NCBI GenBank assembly: GCA_030688605.1
Contig: JAUYJB010000070.1
Location: forward strand, 18,652-82,651
Origin: Hyphomicrobiales bacterium
GTDB taxonomy: Bacteria; Pseudomonadota; Alphaproteobacteria; Rhizobiales; NORP267
DNA length: 64,000 nucleotides
Reading direction: 5' to 3'
The notes beneath the pieces are model-generated. The model was not told the DNA's origin. It saw only the letters and a program-made list of their open reading frames with translations, and did no database searches. Every line of letters begins with the position of its first letter. The first letter of the stretch is position 1. Shown piece by piece: positions 26,986-36,131 of the stretch. The position numbers and the translations under genes are program-made.

Positions 26986-28437
26986 ATGCTTCGGGCGAGC
27001 ATCCAGTTCATCCTCTACGTCAACGGGCTTCTTCTTTGCCTGCTGGCGATGCTGATGATCCTGCCGGCGCTGGTCGATCTGGCCTTCGACAATCCCGATG
27101 CGATGGTCTTCGCCGTTTCGGCGCTCCTCACTTTCACCCTCGGCGCATTGCTGGCGATCGCCAACAAGACAGACAAAGTGCCGCCGGGGCGGACTCTTTT
27201 CTATCTCCTGACCGTTTCGATCTGGCTGATCGTAAGCATCTTCGCCTCGATCCCGCTGGCGCTTTCCTCGCTCAGCATCGACATCGTCGACGTCTATTTC
27301 GAGACTGTCTCGGGGCTGACGACGACCGGGTCCACGATCCTAGTCGGTCTCGACCATCTGCCGCCCGGCCTGCTGTTGTGGCGCTCGCTTTTGCAGTGGT
27401 TCGGCGGCATCGGCATCGTCGTCATGGCGATGGTCGTGCTGCCGGCGCTGAGGGTCGGCGGCATGCAGCTATTCCGAACCGAATCCTCCGATATTTCGGG
27501 CAAGATCCTGCCGCGCGCCCGCCAGATCGCGACCGTCATGGCCGCGGCCTATGTGAGCCTGACGCTGATCTGCGCGATCGCGCTTCACATTGCCGGCATG
27601 TCGGCGTTCGACGCCGTCAACCACGCCCTGACGACGCTGTCGACCGGCGGTTTTTCGACCCACGACGCCTCGATCGGCGATTACGATTCGGTCGCCATCG
27701 AGACGGTCACCATCGTGTTCATGGCGCTGGCCGCCATGCCTATCATCTTCTTCGCGCGGATCGTGATCGAGCCGCGCGCCGCCTCGTTCCGGGACGAGCA
27801 GGTGAGGGGCCTGCTGATGACACTGTTGGCGGCAATCCTCGTTGTCACCGCATGGAATTTCCTGTTTCGCGGCGTGCCACTTGCCGACGCCCTGCGCGAT
27901 TCCGCCTTCAGCGTCACCGCGGTCCTGACCGGCACCGGCTATTCGACGGTGGACTTCAGCGCCTGGGGGAGCTTCGCGGCTGGCGTCTTTTTCTTTCTGT
28001 TCTTCATCGGCGGCTGCGCCGGTTCCACCGCCGGCGGCATCAAGATCTTCCGCTGGCAGATCATGCTGCGCGCGGTCGCGAACCAGCTTCGCACCACGCT
28101 TTCGCCCAACCGGATCGTGATCCTTCGCTACCGCGGGCAATCCGTCGATCCGCCGATGAGGAATTCCATCAACAGCTTCTTTTTCCTCTATCTTTTGACC
28201 TATGCCGGGTTGTCTTTGGCGGTGATGGCGACCGGGCTCGATTTCGTTTCCGCTGCAAGCGCGGTCGCCCAGGCCATCGGCAATGTCGGGCCCGGCCTCG
28301 GCCCGCTGGTCGGCCCGGCGACGACCTTTGCCGGCATTCCCGATTCCGCGAAGCTGTTGCTCGTGCTGTCGATGCTGGTCGGCCGGCTCGAGCTGATTAC
28401 GCTTTATGTGATCCTGACGCGGGATTACTGGGATTGA
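26986..28437 (+). CDS. trkH: TrkH potassium uptake permease (stand-alone)
   Basis: FETVSGLTTTGST; LQWFGGIGI; STGGFS; GGCAGSTAGGIK; GRLEL. Confidence 0.95.
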   Translation: MLRASIQFILYVNGLLLCLLAMLMILPALVDLAFDNPDAMVFAVSALLTFTLGALLAIANKTDKVPPGRTLFYLLTVSIWLIVSIFASIPLALSSLSIDIVDVYFETVSGLTTTGSTILVGLDHLPPGLLLWRSLLQWFGGIGIVVMAMVVLPALRVGGMQLFRTESSDISGKILPRARQIATVMAAAYVSLTLICAIALHIAGMSAFDAVNHALTTLSTGGFSTHDASIGDYDSVAIETVTIVFMALAAMPIIFFARIVIEPRAASFRDEQVRGLLMTLLAAILVVTAWNFLFRGVPLADALRDSAFSVTAVLTGTGYSTVDFSAWGSFAAGVFFFLFFIGGCAGSTAGGIKIFRWQIMLRAVANQLRTTLSPNRIVILRYRGQSVDPPMRNSINSFFFLYLLTYAGLSLAVMATGLDFVSAASAVAQAIGNVGPGLGPLVGPATTFAGIPDSAKLLLVLSMLVGRLELITLYVILTRDYWD

Positions 28438-28471
28438 CCGCGGGAAAGACGGCGGAACGAGGGAGAAGGCC

Positions 28472-29128
28472 ATGTACGTTCTGGTGATGGGGTCGAAGAA
28501 CTATTCCTCCTGGTCGGTTCGCGCTTGGTTGGCGCTGAAGATGGTCGGGGCGGAATTCACCGAGATCGTTATCCGGCTCGACAAGTCGGATACGGCCGAG
28601 CTGGTTGCCGCACATTCGCCGTCAGGCCTTGTGCCCGTGCTCAAGGACGGCGCGCTGGCGGTCTGGGATTCGCTTGCCATCATCGAATATCTCAACGAGC
28701 GCCATCCGCAAGCGGGCCTGTGGCCGGCCGATGCGGCGGCGCGCGCGCGGGCGCGGTCGATTTGCGCTGAAATGCATTCGGGATTCGCCGCACTGAGGCG
28801 CGAATGCCCGATGAATCTACGGCGCACGCCGAAACCGATCGCCATGTCGGACGAGGTCAAGGCGAGTGTCGCCCACATCGAGCAAATGTGGAGCGACTGC
28901 CGGGCCGGGGAGGGGGCGGCCGGGCCGTTCCTGTTCGGCCGCTTGTCAGCCGCAGACGCCGTCTACGCACCCGTTGTCAGCCGCTTCCACGTCTACAAGG
29001 TCCCGGTGACCGCCGAAAGCCGCGCCTATATGAACGCGGTAATGGCGCTGCCGGAATGGAACGAACTCACTGAGGCCGCGCGTGCCGAGCCGCCGATTTC
29101 CAAATATGACGAGATTGGCGCAGGCTAA
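28472..29128 (+). CDS. Glutathione S-transferase family protein
   Basis: KNYSSWSVRAWL...SPSGLVPVL...WDSLAIIEYL. Confidence 0.93.
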   Translation: MYVLVMGSKNYSSWSVRAWLALKMVGAEFTEIVIRLDKSDTAELVAAHSPSGLVPVLKDGALAVWDSLAIIEYLNERHPQAGLWPADAAARARARSICAEMHSGFAALRRECPMNLRRTPKPIAMSDEVKASVAHIEQMWSDCRAGEGAAGPFLFGRLSAADAVYAPVVSRFHVYKVPVTAESRAYMNAVMALPEWNELTEAARAEPPISKYDEIGAG

Positions 29129-29170
29129 AGCCCTTCCCGATCAAACGAGCCAAGCTGGGCCGGAAAGGCG

Positions 29171-29374
29171 CTAATCGGTCAGGATGAAGGTGACCTTCAG
29201 ATTGACCCGGTATTCGGCGATCTTGCCGTCCTCGACCTGAATCGTGGTCTCCTGCACCCACGCCCCCTTTACGTTTTCAAGGGTCTTGCAGGCGCGCTCG
29301 ATGCCGACGCGGATTGCGTCCTCCATGCTCGTCGGCGAGGAGGCGATTATTTCGGTGACGCGGGCAATGCTCAT
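29171..29374 (-). CDS. Dodecin family flavin-binding protein
   Basis: MSIARVTEIIASSPTSMEDAI...EYRVNLKVTFIL; GGAGG RBS. Confidence 0.92.
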   Translation of the reverse strand: MSIARVTEIIASSPTSMEDAIRVGIERACKTLENVKGAWVQETTIQVEDGKIAEYRVNLKVTFILTD

Positions 29375-29485
29375 GACCAGTTCCTCCGAGTTCAGGGTCA
29401 TCCCAGATGCTATTCAGACTTGGCGACGATCGCCGCCGCCGTCAAGCCATAGATTGTCGCACGAAGGCTGGGATAGACTGCTGTC

Positions 29486-29923
29486 ATGGCGCTCAACCTC
29501 ATCAAGCTCTGCGTCGGTTGCGAGTCGATCGACGATCTTGCCCAGTGGCAGGCGGCGCGGCTTGCGGATTATCGGCGCCGGGGCGAGCCGGCGGAGCTAA
29601 AGCACACCACGCGGATGATGCCGCGCCGCCGCGACGAGCTGCTCGGCGGCGGCTCGCTTTACTGGGTCATCAAGGGGTTCGTGCAGGCCCGCCAGCGGCT
29701 GGTCGACATCCGGCCGTTCACCGATGCAGACGGCATCCGCCGCTGCCATCTGGTGCTCGACTCCGATCTCGTCGCCGTGGCGCCGCGGCCGTTCCGGGCG
29801 TTTCAGGGCTGGCGCTACTATCCGGCGAAGGACGCGCCACTCGACCTGCGTATGGCGGCCAAGGGGGCGGACGAAATGCCGGCCGAGCTGCGGCGTCAGC
29901 TCGCCGCGTTGGGACTTCTCTAA
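29486..29923 (+). CDS. DUF1489 family protein
   Basis: LIKLCVGCESIDDL...GGSLYWVIKG...RAFQGWRY. Confidence 0.9.
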   Translation: MALNLIKLCVGCESIDDLAQWQAARLADYRRRGEPAELKHTTRMMPRRRDELLGGGSLYWVIKGFVQARQRLVDIRPFTDADGIRRCHLVLDSDLVAVAPRPFRAFQGWRYYPAKDAPLDLRMAAKGADEMPAELRRQLAALGLL

Positions 29924-30783
29924 GATTTTGTTCCGACGGGGATATTGTCGATGAGCCGGGTCCTGCCGAGCCAAGCGGCGGCAAGCAGGCGGATCGGTTC
30001 GCGCCGAGGCTCGGAAATCGGCGCGAGCGTCTCGGCGTTGCGCGCCTCGACATAATCGACGCGGAATCCCATGCGGGTCAGGCCGGCGCGGGCGGCAGCC
30101 ATGATGCTTTCGACATCGCCACCCGCGGCGATGCGCCTGGCCGCGTCGCGCAGGGCGGCGTTGAGACCCGGCGCGATGGCGCGCTCGCCGGCGTCGAGAT
30201 AGGCATTGCGCGAGGAAAGCGCCAAGCCGTCGGCCTCGCGCACCGTCTTGGCGCCGACGATCTGAACGCCGAGATCGAGATCGCGGGCCATTCGCCGCAC
30301 TACCAGAAGCTGCTGATAGTCCTTCTCGCCGAAGACGGCTATGTCCGGCCGGCACTGGGTGAGCAGCTTGCAGACCACCGTGGCAACGCCGCCCAAGAAA
30401 TGCGGCCGGTACTTGTCCTCAAGCCCGGCTTCCGCAGGGCCCGCGACGTGGACCGAGGTGGCGAAGCCCTCCGGGTACATGAGCGCGGCCGACGGCACGA
30501 ACACCAGGTCGACGCCGAGCGGCGCGAGCTTGGCGAGGTCGCCGCGCTGGTCGCGGGGGTAACGCGCATAGTCCTCATTGGGCGCGAACTGGGTCGGGTT
30601 GACGAAGATCGAGACCAGGGTGCGGGCGGCACGGCGGGTCGCGAGGCGCACCAGCGCAAGATGGCCCTCGTGCAGCGCGCCCATGGTCGGCACGAGGGCG
30701 ATGCGCTCGCCGGTCGTGCGCCAGGCCGCGACCTTGCTCTGCAGTGCCCCCAGCCGCCGCACCACGCTTGGATTTTTCGCCAT
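29920..30783 (-). CDS. panC: Pantoate-beta-alanine ligase
   Basis: VPTMGALHEGH; FVNPTQF; FGEKDYQQ; GLALSSRN; RLIDN. Confidence 0.97.
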   Translation of the reverse strand: MAKNPSVVRRLGALQSKVAAWRTTGERIALVPTMGALHEGHLALVRLATRRAARTLVSIFVNPTQFAPNEDYARYPRDQRGDLAKLAPLGVDLVFVPSAALMYPEGFATSVHVAGPAEAGLEDKYRPHFLGGVATVVCKLLTQCRPDIAVFGEKDYQQLLVVRRMARDLDLGVQIVGAKTVREADGLALSSRNAYLDAGERAIAPGLNAALRDAARRIAAGGDVESIMAAARAGLTRMGFRVDYVEARNAETLAPISEPRREPIRLLAAAWLGRTRLIDNIPVGTKS

Positions 30784-30793
30784 GGCGAACCGC

Positions 30794-32878
30794 TCACAGA
30801 TCGCGGAAACTCTTTCCTTCTCCGGCGAGGCGCTCGATCAGCGGTGCCGGCGTCCACAAGCCCGGCTGGCGCTTCTCATAGGTGCGGATGCCGGCAAGCA
30901 CCTTGTCGAGACCGATCGCATCGGCTGCGAACATCGGCCCGCCACGATATCTCGGAAAGCCATAGCCGTAATGATAGATGATATCGATGTCGCTCGCCCG
31001 CGCGGCAACGCCCTCCTCGAGGATGCGCGCGCCCTCGTTGACCAGCGCATAGAGGCAGCGCTCGACGATCTCCTCAGCCGCAATCTGGCGCCGTTTTACG
31101 CCCATCTCCTGCGACAGGGTTTCGATCAGCGTCGCCACCGCCGGGTCGGGCAGGGGGGCGCGGCTCGTCTCCTCGTAGCGGTACCAGCCGGCCCGGGTCT
31201 TCTGGCCGTAGCGACCCCGCTCGCACAGCCGGTCGGCAACGACGGCGGGATAGGGCTTGGACCTGTCGCGGGACGCTTCCTTGGCCTGGCGGACGCGCCA
31301 GCTGACGTCGGTGCCGGCAAGGTCCATGACCGCGAACGGCCCCATCGCCCAGCCCCAGTCGTAGAGCACCTTGTCGACGGTCTGCGGCAACGCGCCTTCC
31401 AGAAGCAGCGAATAGGCCTGATTCCAATAAGCGTGCAGCATGCGGTTGCCGACGAAGCCGTCGCAGACGCCAACCACGACGCCGATTTTCGAAATTTTGC
31501 GCGCAAGCTGCGCCACCGTGGCCAGCACATCGTCGGCGGTCTTTTCGCCGCGGACGATCTCCAAGAGCTTCATCACGTTGGCGGGGCTGAAGAAATGGGT
31601 GCCGACCACGTCCTGCGGGCGGCCGGTCGACGCGGCGATCTCATCGAGATCGAGAGTGGAGGTATTGGTGGCGAGGATGGCCCCGGGCCGACAGATGCCG
31701 TCGAGAATGGCGAAAACCTCCTTTTTCAGCGCCATATCCTCGAACACCGCCTCGATCACCAGATCGACGGTGGCAAGATCCTCGAAATTGAGCGATCCCG
31801 TCAGCCGCCCAAGGCGGGCGTCGGCTTGCTGCTCGGTCAGACGCCCCTTGTCGACGCTTGCCGCATAATTGCTGGAGATGATGGAAACGCCGCGGTCGAG
31901 TGCATCCTCGGCCGCCTCGACGAGGGTCACGGGGATGGCGGCATTGGCGAAATTCATGGCGATGCCGCCTCCCATGGTGCCGGCGCCGACGATGCCGACC
32001 GAGGCGATCCGGCGCAGCGGCGTGTCCTTGTCGATGCCGGGGACCTTGGCGACATCACGCTCGGCGAAGAACATGTAGCGCAGCGCCGCCGCCTGGGGCG
32101 ATGCGACCAGCTCGGCGAACATGGCGCGTTCCGCGGCCAAGCCGTCGTCGAAGGAAAGCTGCGTCGCGTTCTCCACCGAATCGATGCATGCGCGCGGCGC
32201 GATGAAGCCCCGCTGCTTTTTCGCGACGGTTTGGCGGAAACGCTCGAACAGCTCCGGGCGCGCGGCGACGGTCATGTCGCGGACGCGCCGGCGCGGGCGT
32301 TTCTCGGAGACGATCTTTTCGGCGAACGCAACCGCGCCCGCGAGGAGATTGCCCTCGACGACCTTGTCGACGAGACCCCATTCCAGCGCCTCGGGCGCGG
32401 AAATGGGATCGCCGCTCACGATGGCGGTAAGCGCGCGCTCCGCGCCGATCAGCCGCGGCAGGCGTTGCGTGCCGCCGGCACCGGGCAGTATGCCGAGCTT
32501 GACTTCGGGCTGGCCGAGTTTGGCGTTTTCGCTCGCGCAGCGCCAGTCGCAGCCGAGCGCGACCTCGAGGCCGCCGCCAAGTGCGTTGCCGTGCAGCGCC
32601 GCGATCACCGGCTTGGCGCTGTCTTCACAGGCGGCAACGACCTCGGGAAGCGTCGGGGAGGCCGGCGGCTTGGCGAATTCGGTGATGTCGGCGCCGGCCG
32701 GAAAGGTTCGCCCGGCCCCGATCAGCACCAGCGCCGCCGTTTCGGGGTCCTGGTTGCCCTTGTTGAGGCAGTCGACGAGCCCCTTGCGCACACCGACGCC
32801 GAGCGCGTTGACGGGCGGGTTTGTGATGGTGATGACGCCGACGTTCCCCTCGCGGGCATAGTTCACGAATTCGGCCAT
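30794..32878 (-). CDS. Enoyl-CoA hydratase / 3-hydroxyacyl-CoA dehydrogenase multifunctional enzyme
   Basis: NPPVNAL; GGGLEVAL; [20 protein letters not shown]; [10 protein letters not shown]; HFFSPANVM. Confidence 0.93.
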   Translation of the reverse strand: MAEFVNYAREGNVGVITITNPPVNALGVGVRKGLVDCLNKGNQDPETAALVLIGAGRTFPAGADITEFAKPPASPTLPEVVAACEDSAKPVIAALHGNALGGGLEVALGCDWRCASENAKLGQPEVKLGILPGAGGTQRLPRLIGAERALTAIVSGDPISAPEALEWGLVDKVVEGNLLAGAVAFAEKIVSEKRPRRRVRDMTVAARPELFERFRQTVAKKQRGFIAPRACIDSVENATQLSFDDGLAAERAMFAELVASPQAAALRYMFFAERDVAKVPGIDKDTPLRRIASVGIVGAGTMGGGIAMNFANAAIPVTLVEAAEDALDRGVSIISSNYAASVDKGRLTEQQADARLGRLTGSLNFEDLATVDLVIEAVFEDMALKKEVFAILDGICRPGAILATNTSTLDLDEIAASTGRPQDVVGTHFFSPANVMKLLEIVRGEKTADDVLATVAQLARKISKIGVVVGVCDGFVGNRMLHAYWNQAYSLLLEGALPQTVDKVLYDWGWAMGPFAVMDLAGTDVSWRVRQAKEASRDRSKPYPAVVADRLCERGRYGQKTRAGWYRYEETSRAPLPDPAVATLIETLSQEMGVKRRQIAAEEIVERCLYALVNEGARILEEGVAARASDIDIIYHYGYGFPRYRGGPMFAADAIGLDKVLAGIRTYEKRQPGLWTPAPLIERLAGEGKSFRDL

Positions 32879-32941
32879 GGCCCCCTCATTTCCGGCTGCA
32901 TTGTCGCCAACGCCGCATGGCGATCAATATCATGCCCAGTT

Positions 32942-33031
32942 TGGCGGATGGGGTGGGATTCGAACCCACGAGGCGGTTGCCCGCCTTCCGGTTTTCAAGA
33001 CCGGTGCCTTCAACCACTCGGCCACCCATCC
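32942..33031 (-). tRNA. tRNA-Ser(UGA), 90 nt, CCA encoded
   Basis: GGATGGG acceptor; CCGGT-CTTGAAA-ACCGG anticodon arm; long variable arm GGCGG-GCAA-CCGCC; GTTCGAATC; CCCATCC-GCCA. Confidence 0.97.
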
Positions 33032-33293
33032 TCAGGTCCGCACCCCGTGGCCCTATCGCGAGGCGCTGGCGCGCCCGGTTTTCAAGACCTTTCGGGCGGG
33101 CGAAAGATTCACCGGATCTTTCGCATTTCCGCCCTCAACTTCAACCACTCGGCCACCCATCCGCAGGTCCGCACCCCGTGGCCCTATCGCGAGGCGCTGG
33201 CGCGCCCGGTTTTCAAGACCTTTCGAGCGGGCGAAAGATTCACCGGATCTTTCGCTTTTCCGCCCTCAACTTCAACCACTCGGCCACCCATCC
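33032..33293 (-). repeat. Two tandem 131-bp tRNA-Ser-derived units 5' of the tRNA
   Basis: 33032-33162 and 33163-33293 differ at 3 positions; each starts with the tRNA's first 24 nt and contains GGTCTTGAAAACCGG. Confidence 0.95.
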
Positions 33294-33319
33294 GTCGCCG
33301 CTCCGCCGCAATGTCTCAG

Positions 33320-33348
33320 CGTTAGACCATTCGGGCAGCGACGCGCAA
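33320..33348 (-). promoter_or_regulatory. Putative sigma70 promoter TTGCGC-N17-CTAACG for the repeat-tRNA transcript
   Basis: About 27 nt upstream of the first unit. Confidence 0.5.
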
Positions 33349-33373
33349 CCCTCGCAGGCCGCGCTAGAGAGGT

Positions 33374-34693
33374 TCAGATCGCAAGCCGCGGCAAAGGGCC
33401 GCCGTCGGCCAGCGCCAGAATGCCTTCGATCAGCGCCTCGGACCGGGGATATCGCCCGAAATCAAGCAGGCCACGCGCCTTGTCGACCATCTGTTCGCTG
33501 CTGAGCGGCATTTCCGGATCGCCCATGGCGTCGCCACGCTCGGCGGAAACGACGCGGCCATTCTCGAGGCGGGCGCTGACGCGGGCGCCCCAATGGGCCG
33601 GATAGGCGCCCTCGAACGACGGCGTCTCGGCAACCTTCACGCGTCCGCGCAGCTTGGCGCATTCGCAGCGCGCTTCCTCATCGAAGGCGGCGAAATCAAC
33701 CCGGTCGCGGCAAAGGGCCGCGGCGACCGTATGCTGGAGCGAGAATTTCGCGTCATAGACCGTCTTCGGCTCGGCGCGGTCGCACAGCGCAAGCGCCGCG
33801 CCGTAGGTCTCCACCTCGATGCTCGCGATCTCGTCCGCCTTGCGCCCATCGCCGGCGAGGGCTTGCCGGATTTCCTGCGCCGCGTCGATCGCCGGGTGGG
33901 TATGGCGGCAGGAGGGCCACGGCTTGATTGAGGTTTGTCTGAGCTGCCAGGGCGCTTGCGGGTCGGCGATGAGGCGCGCCGGCTCCGCATCGGGGCAAAG
34001 AGCGGCGAAAAAGCCACGCGCGCCTTCGAGAATTTCCGGCGCTCCGGTGAAGCCGAGCGCGGCAAGTTCGGCCGCAACCAGGCCCGCTTCCGCGGCGCGG
34101 CCGGCGTGCAGATGCTTCGACATGGCTCCAGTATCGAGGAACTGCCACAGGCCCGCAGCCTGGGTGCCGGCATTGCCGAGGGCGTCGACCGCCTGGGCCC
34201 GTGCGAGTCCGATGAGGCGGGCCACGGCCATCGCCGAGCCGAACGGCCCGCAGGTCGCGGTATTGTGGAAGATGCGGTAGTGGGCAGGCCCCGCGGCCAT
34301 GCCGACGCGTGTCGTCGCCTCGAAGCCCCACAGGATCGCCGACAGAAATTCGCGTCCGCTGCTCTCGCCGAGTCCGGACTCCGCCGCGGCCCACACCGCG
34401 GGAATCGTGATGCAGCCCGGATGAACCACCGATTCGCGGTGCAGATCGTCGACCTCGAGAATGTGGGTCAGTCCCCCTAAGAGAAAAGCACGCCGGCCGG
34501 CGTCGCGCGCCGCGTTCTCGCCGCAGGCGCCGATCCTGCGTCCCCAGGCCACCAGAATCTCGCCCTGCGGGGTTCTGGTGCCGGCGACCACGCTTGCCAC
34601 CGCGTCGAGCGTAAACAGGGCGGCCGCTTCCAAATCCTCCCGCGAAATCTCCTTCGACGCCACAAGGTCGAAAAGTTCTCCGCTCAGGCTCAT
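33374..34693 (-). CDS. MmgE/PrpD family protein
   Basis: LEVDDLHRESVVHPG; FHNTATCGPF; SKHLHAG; KPWPSCRHTH. Confidence 0.92.
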   Translation of the reverse strand: MSLSGELFDLVASKEISREDLEAAALFTLDAVASVVAGTRTPQGEILVAWGRRIGACGENAARDAGRRAFLLGGLTHILEVDDLHRESVVHPGCITIPAVWAAAESGLGESSGREFLSAILWGFEATTRVGMAAGPAHYRIFHNTATCGPFGSAMAVARLIGLARAQAVDALGNAGTQAAGLWQFLDTGAMSKHLHAGRAAEAGLVAAELAALGFTGAPEILEGARGFFAALCPDAEPARLIADPQAPWQLRQTSIKPWPSCRHTHPAIDAAQEIRQALAGDGRKADEIASIEVETYGAALALCDRAEPKTVYDAKFSLQHTVAAALCRDRVDFAAFDEEARCECAKLRGRVKVAETPSFEGAYPAHWGARVSARLENGRVVSAERGDAMGDPEMPLSSEQMVDKARGLLDFGRYPRSEALIEGILALADGGPLPRLAI

Positions 34694-34751
34694 TCCGCCC
34701 TCTAAAGCGTTCGCCCGCGTTGCTTGCCGGCATTGGCGCGCACCGCGCCGG

Positions 34752-34767
34752 TTATCGCTTTATTAAC
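34752..34767 (+). promoter_or_regulatory. CtrA-like box TTAT-N7-TTAAC
   Basis: One mismatch to TTAA-N7-TTAAC; upstream of rlpA-dacA. Confidence 0.5.
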
Positions 34768-34963
34768 CGTTTGGCGGCGACGATTGGCGAGGTTTGCCGC
34801 CACAGCATGGGTGTAGGTGTAGCATGGGGCGCGGGAGGCAAGCGGCGTAACACGGCGTAACTCCAAAATTTTCTGACCCTCCGAAACGTCGGTGCCATTC
34901 GCGCCAGGCGGACCGGCAGGGAATTGGGCACGCCGGGCCTCGGCGCCAGGGGTCTTATTGGTG

Positions 34964-36016
34964 ATGAAAAATCTGCGAATGTCCCGGCGAGGATTTCCGT
35001 GCCGGCCCGATCACGTCGCGTTCCGCGCATCTTGGGAGCGGCCGGGGCGGGGGCGTTACCTCACGCGCCTGTCCATTCTTCTCTCAGCCAGCTTGCTGCT
35101 CGCAAGCTGCAGCCTGTGGAAAGAGGAACTGGATCATGCGGGCAATCCGCGGCTGGTGGAATATGGCCAGCCGGTGCCAAAGGGCGGCGGCATCTACAAG
35201 GTCGGCAAGCCCTACCAGATCGGCGGCAAATGGTACCATCCCAAGGAGGACGAGAATTACACCAATGTCGGCGTCGCCTCCTGGTACGGCCTCGATTTTC
35301 ACGGCCGACTCACCGCGAACGGCGAGATCTACGACATGGATTCGCTGTCCGCCGCCCATCCGACGCTGCCGCTGCCGAGTTACGTCAAGGTAGAGAATCT
35401 GGAGAATGGGCGTAAAGTCGTCGTGCGCGTCAACGATCGCGGGCCCTATGCGCGCGGCCGCGAGATCGACCTGTCCAAGCGCGCCGCCGAGCTGCTCGCA
35501 TTCAAGAACAAGGGGACCGCCAAGGTGCAGGTGAGCTATCTCGGGCCGGCGCCGTTGAGTGGCGACGACGGCTGGCCGGTCAATGTCCAGTTTGCCGGAA
35601 ACAAATCGAACGGCAATAAACCGAAACCGGCTGAAACACGCCCGATCCTTCTCGCCAGCGCCGCGCCGGACGCGCTCTTGGCGCTGCGCTCCGTGCCGGC
35701 CTCCGCGGCACCCCCCAGCCTAGCGGCACCCAGCAGCGCCGCGGAACCTCCCAGTCCCCCCATGTCCCATGCATCCGCGGCACCGGCGACGGCGATGATT
35801 CAGGCAGGCTCGTTTCGCGACCCCGATAACGCCGAAAGGCTGAAATCGGCGCTCGCGTCGGTCGGCCCGGTGGAGGTGACGCCGGTCACGGTCGGCGGCG
35901 TGACCTACTACCGGGTCCGCGTCGGCCCGATACCGGACGGCCAGAACGCGCGTGACTCGCTCAGCCGCGTCCAGGCGGCAGGCGTCGGCGACGCCCGGTT
36001 GATCATGATGCAGTGA
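34964..36016 (+). CDS. rlpA: Septal-ring lytic transglycosylase RlpA lipoprotein with SPOR domain
   Basis: Lipobox LLASC; GVASWYG; SAAHPTLPLPSYV; VNDRGPY; C-terminal SPOR; start uncertain. Confidence 0.92.
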   Translation: MKNLRMSRRGFPCRPDHVAFRASWERPGRGRYLTRLSILLSASLLLASCSLWKEELDHAGNPRLVEYGQPVPKGGGIYKVGKPYQIGGKWYHPKEDENYTNVGVASWYGLDFHGRLTANGEIYDMDSLSAAHPTLPLPSYVKVENLENGRKVVVRVNDRGPYARGREIDLSKRAAELLAFKNKGTAKVQVSYLGPAPLSGDDGWPVNVQFAGNKSNGNKPKPAETRPILLASAAPDALLALRSVPASAAPPSLAAPSSAAEPPSPPMSHASAAPATAMIQAGSFRDPDNAERLKSALASVGPVEVTPVTVGGVTYYRVRVGPIPDGQNARDSLSRVQAAGVGDARLIMMQ

Positions 36017-36131
36017 CATCGCCTCTTTCTTCATTGCGAAATCCGCAATAATCCCAAGCTGCGGTTGATTGGCTCCGGTCGCCTTGGTATTGCTGACGTA
36101 CCGGCGTGCGGCGGCGCAGGCCGGATTGTCA

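Noticed and set aside
32879-32942. Integrative element at the tRNA 3' end
   Set aside because: No integrase and no duplicated 3' tRNA end in the window
33032-33293. CRISPR array
   Set aside because: Whole units are near-identical with no unique spacers, and no cas genes are present
33032-33293. Intron-containing or additional functional tRNA genes
   Set aside because: Excising the hairpin does not restore GCACC, and the units lack a T-arm, 3' acceptor strand and CCA
30578-33325. 915-aa plus-strand ORF
   Set aside because: Antisense shadow of the fatty-acid oxidation gene; it also runs through the tRNA and has no motifs
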